Part shown: positions 26,063 through 32,000 of the stretch, in pieces
Layout: every line of letters begins with the position of its first letter
How positions within the stretch are numbered: the first letter of the stretch is position 1
From: Candidatus Pacearchaeota archaeon
GTDB taxonomy: Archaea > Nanobdellota > Nanobdellia > Pacearchaeales > UBA284
Direction of reading: 5' to 3'
Assembly: GCA_026016245.1 (NCBI GenBank)
Contig: CP061211.1
Coordinates: 90,001-122,000 of the forward strand
DNA: 32,000 nucleotides
Translations under genes and position numbers: made by a program
Notes under the pieces: generated by a model
What the model was told of the DNA's origin: nothing
What the model saw: the letters and a program-made list of their open reading frames with translations, nothing else
Databases searched by the model: none

Positions 26063-26335
26063 GTGTATAATCTTGAGATCAGAAAACATCTTGATAAAAT
26101 TTTTTCTAAGCTTGCTAAAAAGAATAAAATACAATTTGAAGCTCTAAATAAAAAAATTGAACAGATCAGAAAAAATCCTTATCACTTTAAACCATTAAGA
26201 GCTCCAATGCAAAATAAAAGGAGAGTTCATGTTGGTAGTTTTGTTTTAATTTATAGTATAGATGAAAAAACTAAAACAATCATCTTAGAAGATTATGAGC
26301 ATCATAATAAAATTTATTTTCCTCTTTTCTTTTAA
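26063..26335 (+). CDS. Putative RelE/ParE-superfamily toxin
   Basis: LDKIFSKLAKKNKIQFEALNKKIEQIRKNPYHFKPLRAPMQNKRRVHVGSFVLIYSIDEKTKTIILEDYEHHNKIY. Confidence 0.8.
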   Translation: MYNLEIRKHLDKIFSKLAKKNKIQFEALNKKIEQIRKNPYHFKPLRAPMQNKRRVHVGSFVLIYSIDEKTKTIILEDYEHHNKIYFPLFF

Positions 26336-26402
26336 TTTTTTTTGAAACCCCTAAAAAGTAGTAAACCAAAAAGTTTAAATATAATCCAAACATAAAAAAA
26401 AT

Positions 26403-27278
26403 ATGATAAGTTTACCAAAAGCAGCAATCGTGGCAGCAACAATCCCAACAGTTCTATTAGGGCAATATCATACATTTTCTGGTTTTGTTTATCCAGCAGC
26501 AAATAATGTTCCAACTGATAGTGGTCCAGTAGCAATTGTTAATCCTTCAAATGATACTATCTGGACAAAAATTGGACAAGATATGGATAATTTCTATACA
26601 CGAACATCAGATCCTGGTTGGATATATGACGGTGATACTGTTAAAGTATCTGTTGCAGATACAACAGGACAGACAGCAAGTACATTTAGGATAGTAAAAC
26701 CTACTGCAAACTATTTAACAACTCTTTTTCCTGGTGGTCATGCTTTTGTTGTCAATAAAGTATGGGATAGTGTTGATAGTGTTGATGCAAAATGTTGGGT
26801 AAAAGGCAAGCCTGATACACTTAATGGAAGATTTAGGATAGGAATTCCTGATGATGATATTTATTTTAATAGAGGAAAATTTCTAGATCCCCCTGCATTA
26901 AATGATAGTATTATTTTTGAAATATCAGAAGGAAGTTTATATGCAAGAACAGGATGTAAATATGAAAGAGCATTGTGGGATGCTGATTCTGCACCAAGTT
27001 GTTCATTAAATATAGTTGGTATTGGAGAAAATCTTGAGAATAAAGTTCAAGAACCATTTTCTTTAATAAAAACAAATCCTGTAACAAATGGAATTTTGAA
27101 TTTAAATCAAAAAGGAAATTTTGTTCTTTACAATGCCGCAGGCAGTCTTGTAAAAAAAGCAAATGGAGATAAAATTAATGTTAAAACATTACCTTCAGGA
27201 GCATATTTCTTATTTACAAAACCAAAAGATTCTGGTGAATTATTGTATAAGCCAGAAAAAGTTGTGATTATGAATTAA
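26403..27278 (+). CDS. Secreted protein with T9SS type A sorting-like C-terminal domain
   Basis: Signal-like MISLPKAAIVAATIPTVLLGQ; C-terminal NPVTNGILNLNQKGNFVLYNAAGSLVKKANGDKINVKTLPSGAYFLFTK...KPEKVVIMN. Confidence 0.7.
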   Translation: MISLPKAAIVAATIPTVLLGQYHTFSGFVYPAANNVPTDSGPVAIVNPSNDTIWTKIGQDMDNFYTRTSDPGWIYDGDTVKVSVADTTGQTASTFRIVKPTANYLTTLFPGGHAFVVNKVWDSVDSVDAKCWVKGKPDTLNGRFRIGIPDDDIYFNRGKFLDPPALNDSIIFEISEGSLYARTGCKYERALWDADSAPSCSLNIVGIGENLENKVQEPFSLIKTNPVTNGILNLNQKGNFVLYNAAGSLVKKANGDKINVKTLPSGAYFLFTKPKDSGELLYKPEKVVIMN

Positions 27279-27280
27279 TT

Positions 27281-29167
27281 TTATTCTTGTGCCCAAGTCA
27301 TACCCTTTCCTTTTGGATCTGTGTAGATATAATATACCCCGCCAGCTTGTAGGTCAAAATTTAATGCAGGATAACTTCTTATTCTTTCACAGGTATATAT
27401 CTTTGGTTCCTGTGTCTCAACATCCCAATAACCTGCTTCATCCTCATCCAATAGACCCATACTATCGCAAAGATTAGAGGCTTTATCTAAAATTGTATCT
27501 ATAGGTACTGTGATGTAGTTTGGTCCTGGGCAGAGATTAAAGATAATTTGTTCTGGGACTTCTGATGCTCCTACTGTTCTTCTTATCATTGTGGCTGAGA
27601 CAAAATAAGGATATCCTGCTATTGCATCAAATTCGCCTGTTACAATAGTTGGACAAGGAGGATTAGCGCAATAGGCAGTTGCTGTTCCTTTGAATACTCC
27701 TTCTGAACAAATCCATTTTGCTATGTAATCTAAACTATTTTTACTCATAATTTCATAAGAACTTACATGTCTATGTGGATTATATATCCAACTTACACTA
27801 GTTCCTCTTAATTCTCCTTTTTGTTTTGGTGGTTGTTTGTAAAGTATTTGTAAGAATCTTTGGAAATGGCCTGATTCTAGTTTACATTCTTTTATTTTCT
27901 CAGAGCATCTATCCCAGGCAATTAAATTTTCAATTGTCTTGGTTGTTCCTCCAACATACCAACCTTCGCTTTTTGATCCAATATACTTACACTCAGCCCA
28001 TAATCCACCACAATTATCATATTTGTAAAGATTTCCTGTACAAGAATCATACCAACCCTCACTTCTTGTCCCAACATAATCACATACAGGTGTGCAGCCT
28101 ATCTCAGCTATAGCACTAACCATATAAAATTTAGTTCGTGAAGATTCAATATTAATATTCTCACTCCATGCCCGCAGGTTCTTGTCAATATTTATAGAAA
28201 CCCAATCACATGTTCTTATTTTTGTGATAGGATCTTTTTTACATCTGTGAGCCATGTTTAGATACTGCTCTTTGATTCTTATTCCTGCTCCTTCAGAATA
28301 TCTCCATTCTAATTTTACATATGGTGTTTTATAGCTTATCTGTGCTGATATTGGAGGCAATTCATTACAATTAACTAATCCAACACAATCAGCTGGGCAA
28401 TTATCTGCTGTCTCAAACTGCTCGCAGAGACCATTGCCACAATCAACACAATATTTTTGTGGTTCTTTTGCTTCAGGAGGTTGGAATTCTACTAGCTCAA
28501 AGCCATCGCAACAATAGAAAGGATGCCCTACTCTAGCGCCTTTGGCACCACAACAGTCTGCATTACAATTTAATGGATTTTCAATAGGAGCTTCACAAAT
28601 ATTATTCCCACATTGAGGAATACAGTCTTGAGGACAGTTAAGATAATTTTCTTCATAGTCAGTTAAATCATCTTTTTCACAAATACCATTACCACACACA
28701 GGGCCACAATCTTGAGGACAGTTAAATGAATTTTCTGGCTTAGTACATTTTTGGTTGCCACAATTTACACAAGTTAGAGCAGCAAGACATGGCAGTCCAG
28801 GATAACAATCTGCTACTGCTTTTAAACCAGGGCAACAATGCTGAGGCAAGAAAACAGTTTCACCTTCCTTAGCGCAGCAATCTGCAGGACAACTGCTATA
28901 TGATTCTCCAGAACTACAGATGCCATCCCCACAAACAATAGCAGGAGTGACTTCAGCTGGAGCAACAAGTCCTGGTTCTTGAGGAGTTACAAATCCTGTT
29001 CCCCCATTATTGTTAGTGCTTGGTGATTCAGCTACTCCATGGCCATCAAAAACTTTTTCTTTTGGAATTATAGCAAAGATCATAAAGATAATGAGACAGA
29101 TAGCTAAAATATACAGAATCATATTAGAAGGGTTTTTCTCTATCCTTCTTTTCATCTCTTTTTTCAT
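27281..29167 (-). CDS. Membrane-anchored/secreted cysteine-rich repeat protein
   Basis: N-terminal hydrophobic segment MILYILAICLIIFMIFAII; repeated CGxGxCxxxExxxxCPxDC modules. Confidence 0.85.
   Translation of the reverse strand: MKKEMKRRIEKNPSNMILYILAICLIIFMIFAIIPKEKVFDGHGVAESPSTNNNGGTGFVTPQEPGLVAPAEVTPAIVCGDGICSSGESYSSCPADCCAKEGETVFLPQHCCPGLKAVADCYPGLPCLAALTCVNCGNQKCTKPENSFNCPQDCGPVCGNGICEKDDLTDYEENYLNCPQDCIPQCGNNICEAPIENPLNCNADCCGAKGARVGHPFYCCDGFELVEFQPPEAKEPQKYCVDCGNGLCEQFETADNCPADCVGLVNCNELPPISAQISYKTPYVKLEWRYSEGAGIRIKEQYLNMAHRCKKDPITKIRTCDWVSINIDKNLRAWSENINIESSRTKFYMVSAIAEIGCTPVCDYVGTRSEGWYDSCTGNLYKYDNCGGLWAECKYIGSKSEGWYVGGTTKTIENLIAWDRCSEKIKECKLESGHFQRFLQILYKQPPKQKGELRGTSVSWIYNPHRHVSSYEIMSKNSLDYIAKWICSEGVFKGTATAYCANPPCPTIVTGEFDAIAGYPYFVSATMIRRTVGASEVPEQIIFNLCPGPNYITVPIDTILDKASNLCDSMGLLDEDEAGYWDVETQEPKIYTCERIRSYPALNFDLQAGGVYYIYTDPKGKGMTWAQE
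28382..28933 (-). repeat. Region encoding about five CGxxxCxxxExxxxCxxDC modules
   Basis: CGDGICSSGESYSSCPADCC; CGNQKCTKPENSFNCPQDC; CGNGICEKDDLTDYEENYLNCPQDC; CGNNICEAPIENPLNCNADCC; CGNGLCEQFETADNCPADC. Confidence 0.85.
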
Positions 29168-29202
29168 TGAAAATAATAAACAAAAGCTTTATTTAAATTT
29201 TA

Positions 29203-29784
29203 TTATTTTCCCCTTCTTCCCTTGGCTCTTATACTAGGCCTGGTTTTTATGGCCCTTTTACCTTTCTTTCTTAAACCCCTAGATTTTTTTCCAGCACTTG
29301 TTAATCCTCTAAAAACTCTTCCCTTATGTTTCTTGCTTGTTATCCATGTAATATTTTTGTCTTTTTTAATTTCTGGTCTGCTTATATCGACAAAAATAAC
29401 TTCATACCAAGCAAACATCCCATCTTTTGCAAGCCAATAACTATTTAGAACCTGAAGATTAGAAAATTTTTTCTGGGCTCTTTGTTCAGCCACCCATTTG
29501 TAATTCATCTTTAGAATTTTTTTTGTTGTTTGCCTCTTGCTCCTTCTTCCTCCTTTTGGTTTTGGTCTTCTTCTACCTCCTCTTCTAACACGAACTCTAG
29601 CAACAACAAAACCTTTCTTGGCTTTATAACCTATTGTTCTAGCTCGGTCAAGTCTTGTTGGCTTTTCTACCCTAACAACTGCATTACTTTTTCGCCATTC
29701 TATAAGTCTCTTGCTCCATAATTTCCCAAGATTTTCTTTAGGCTTTTTCCATGTTTTTCTTATGTAAGTATATGAGGATTTCAT
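29203..29784 (-). CDS. rpl15e: Large ribosomal subunit protein L15e
   Basis: [73 protein letters not shown]. The track start at 29802 overlaps the neighbour; internal Met at 29784 is more plausible. Confidence 0.97.
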   Translation of the reverse strand: MKSSYTYIRKTWKKPKENLGKLWSKRLIEWRKSNAVVRVEKPTRLDRARTIGYKAKKGFVVARVRVRRGGRRRPKPKGGRRSKRQTTKKILKMNYKWVAEQRAQKKFSNLQVLNSYWLAKDGMFAWYEVIFVDISRPEIKKDKNITWITSKKHKGRVFRGLTSAGKKSRGLRKKGKRAIKTRPSIRAKGRRGK

Positions 29785-29788
29785 TTTA

Positions 29789-30070
29789 TTATCTAGCCAC
29801 AATCATTGTTGATGTGAGGCCAATTTCCTTCATTTTTCTTATTTTTTCTGAAACAAAAGTGTCTAATTCTTTGGCATTAGAAATATCCACACCAATTATA
29901 ATATCCCACTCACCAAAAAGTTCATTTACAAGAATAACTTTTTTCATCTTTTCCAGCTTTTCATAAATACCTCTTTCCTTATGTGGTAGAACTCTAATTA
30001 ATATGAATGCCCCTATTTCCCCTTTCTCCTTATTTTTTTCTCTTTTTTTTGCCATGCACTTCCAAGGCAA
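29789..30070 (-). CDS. Stand-alone Lrp/AsnC ligand-binding (RAM) domain protein
   Basis: [59 protein letters not shown]; no HTH present. Confidence 0.85.
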   Translation of the reverse strand: MPWKCMAKKREKNKEKGEIGAFILIRVLPHKERGIYEKLEKMKKVILVNELFGEWDIIIGVDISNAKELDTFVSEKIRKMKEIGLTSTMIVAR

Positions 30071-30141
30071 AATTTGTTTTTAAAACTTTTCATCATAACA
30101 AACACAATAAAATTTAAAAATAAATATATCTTTAAGAGAGT

Positions 30142-30324
30142 ATGAGCAAATTACTTAATATTTTGATAGGGGTAATTTTGATATTGGCACCTATATTGAT
30201 TGTCTTGAATATACCACTATTTTACAATTGGGGACCAGCAGCAATTGAATTTTTGAAAGGCGGTGTTGTTGTATGTTTAATGATTGTAGGAATTGTTTTT
30301 TTAATTCTAGGGATAACAGAGTAA
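30142..30324 (+). CDS. Small membrane protein
   Basis: 60 aa with two hydrophobic helices. Confidence 0.6.
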   Translation: MSKLLNILIGVILILAPILIVLNIPLFYNWGPAAIEFLKGGVVVCLMIVGIVFLILGITE

Positions 30325-30352
30325 GGAAAAAAGGTGAAGGGGAAGTGAAGTT

Positions 30353-31576
30353 ATGATAGATGAATCTTTATGTATTAGATGTAAAGGTAGGGGGTGGTGT
30401 GGCGGGCCTTGCAAGATCTTAGCTAGGCTTAGGGAATTTCAGCCGAAGATATCTAAAGAATTTTCTGGTTCAAGTCCTCCAGAAATTTTTGTTGGTCGTT
30501 ACGGCTATCCTAATGTTTTTACAGGGATTCTTGCTCCAACAGAATTTGGAGAGACAGAAGAACTAAGCATGCCTGAAGTGTGGCATGAGCAAGGGGCAGG
30601 TATTCAGGATATCCTTGCTTATCGCTCTAGGATGATTTATTCAAGATTTATTTCAAGTATAAAAAGTGCTAGATCAAAACAGCAGTCAAGGCTTCTAGAT
30701 TTAATGCAGGAAATAAGTTTAGCGAGCAAGCCAGTTGATGCAAGTTTCAAGTTAAAAAAGAAACCGAGAGTAAGGATACAAATGGATGCTCATGTTCCTA
30801 TGATAGGCAATCCTGCTCCTCTAAAGTCAGTAAAACTAGAATCAAATCCTAAAGTTGAGAAGAAAGTAGATTATCTCACAAGTGATACTGATGTTAAATC
30901 AACTCAAGCAATCAAAGAACTTTACAAATCAAAGATTCCAGTGAGTAACATCATAAAGATTTTGAGTGGTGGTATGTTAGGTTTGAGGATTCAGAGAAGA
31001 CTTGTTCCGACAAGATGGGCTGTGAGTGCGATAGATGATACAATTTCTAAAACATTGCTGGAAAAAATCAGACACTATCAGGAAATTTCTTCTTATCTTC
31101 TTTTTCATGCCAGTTATCTTGGAAATTATTATAATATTATTCTGATACCCAATTGTTGGTCATTTGAAGTTATTGAGGCGAGTGCGAAAGGATATTTTGG
31201 TAGGAATTATAGGATAGCGACATGGCAGGATTATGAGTTTTTCCAGAAAAGAAAGAAATATGCTTTTAGTGTGACAGGGGCTTATTATGCTAACAGACTT
31301 GCTGTTTGTGAATATTTATATAAGACGAAGAGGCAGGCTTCTGTTCTTGTTTTGAGGGAAATTCGTGATGAATATTGGGCTCCTTGTGGTGTTGGTATTT
31401 TGCGAGAAGTGACAAGAGAGGCCATGCAAAGCAAGCCTGAAAAATTTGACACACTTAAAGGAGCACTAAGTACAGCACAGACAAAATTTAAGTTACCTCT
31501 AGAAATTTATACAACAAAAAGTAAATTATTACAGAATATTAAAACACAGACAAGGCTTTCTAAATTTTTATCTTAA
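30353..31576 (+). CDS. nreA: NreA-type archaeal DNA repair protein with C-terminal PIP-like motif
   Basis: CIRCKGRGWCGGPC, SGSSPPEIFVGRYGYPNVFTGILAP, LGNYYNIILIPNCWSFEVIEA; ends QTRLSKFLS. Confidence 0.9.
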   Translation: MIDESLCIRCKGRGWCGGPCKILARLREFQPKISKEFSGSSPPEIFVGRYGYPNVFTGILAPTEFGETEELSMPEVWHEQGAGIQDILAYRSRMIYSRFISSIKSARSKQQSRLLDLMQEISLASKPVDASFKLKKKPRVRIQMDAHVPMIGNPAPLKSVKLESNPKVEKKVDYLTSDTDVKSTQAIKELYKSKIPVSNIIKILSGGMLGLRIQRRLVPTRWAVSAIDDTISKTLLEKIRHYQEISSYLLFHASYLGNYYNIILIPNCWSFEVIEASAKGYFGRNYRIATWQDYEFFQKRKKYAFSVTGAYYANRLAVCEYLYKTKRQASVLVLREIRDEYWAPCGVGILREVTREAMQSKPEKFDTLKGALSTAQTKFKLPLEIYTTKSKLLQNIKTQTRLSKFLS

Positions 31577-32000
31577 AAACAACCACATTTTAGAAGCCAC
31601 ATCAAAGCTAGGCCAACAAGAATAAAGATAAGTTGTAATAATGATTCTGAAATTTTAATTCTTTTATGTAGTTCAGGTATTAGGTCAGTTGCAGCTATGT
31701 AAATAAAGCCGCCTGCTGCAAATGGAAGAAGAAATGTTGTGTCAATGCTGGCACTTAAGAAATAGCCAACTAGAGCCCCTAGAATTGCTGTCAAGGCACT
31801 AAAGAAGTTATAAAGCATGGCTCTTCCTTTTTTGAAGCCTCCATAGACAAGAACCCCAAAATCACCTATTTCTTGAGGTATTTCATGAAGGATTATTGCG
31901 ATGGTTGTTGTTATTCCTAGTCCTATGTTTATTAGATAGGCTGCAGCGATAATTAAGCCATCAATAAAATTATGCAAGGCATCTCCTATAAGAATTGTAT
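31573..32000 (-). CDS. ZIP-family metal transporter, truncated by the window end
   Basis: MHNFIDGLIIAAAYL...IAIILHEIPQEIGDFGVLVYGGF...AAGGFIYIAATDLIPELH. The frame probably continues past base 32000. Confidence 0.88.
   Translation of the reverse strand, partial: TILIGDALHNFIDGLIIAAAYLINIGLGITTTIAIILHEIPQEIGDFGVLVYGGFKKGRAMLYNFFSALTAILGALVGYFLSASIDTTFLLPFAAGGFIYIAATDLIPELHKRIKISESLLQLIFILVGLALMWLLKCGCF

Noticed and set aside
29785-29802. Upstream start of L15e (MWLDNK extension)
   Set aside because: The extension overlaps the neighbouring RAM-domain gene, and L15e sequences typically begin near the internal Met at 29784.
1-32000. CRISPR arrays, transposases, integrases and phage structural genes
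   Set aside because: No regularly spaced repeats and no recognisable mobile-element protein found on either strand by eye; a dedicated scan would be needed to exclude them.

Overview
AT-rich archaeal window, probably a small-genome DPANN-type lineage. The lineage is inferred from gene content: thermosome, L10e, L15e, deoxyhypusine synthase, NreA-type repair protein, and an intron-containing tRNA. The best-supported features are:
- a CBS-domain protein;
- a double-domain dCTP deaminase fused to a Nudix-like domain;
- a thermosome subunit;
- tRNA-Gly(GCC) with a ~60-nt canonical intron;
- a B12-binding radical SAM protein;
- a DUF362/ferredoxin protein;
- an endonuclease V-like protein with altered catalytic positions;
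- deoxyhypusine synthase and PEP synthase;
- a compact minus-strand operon (pta, MetV-like, ackA, disA-like, DHH phosphoesterase, transglutaminase-like);
- two toxin-antitoxin-like pairs;
- a secreted protein with a T9SS-sorting-like C-terminus and a cysteine-rich surface protein;
- L15e and NreA.
The least explained stretch is the plus-strand block 5.3-12.1 kb. It holds a coiled-coil/Zn-knuckle/thioredoxin fusion, a possible caspase-like protein, a beta-barrel-like repeat protein, unknown ORFs, a radical SAM gene flanked by a near-exact direct repeat, and a candidate structured RNA. No CRISPR array or transposase was seen. I cannot demonstrate a complete new system from sequence alone; the candidates are ranked in the findings.
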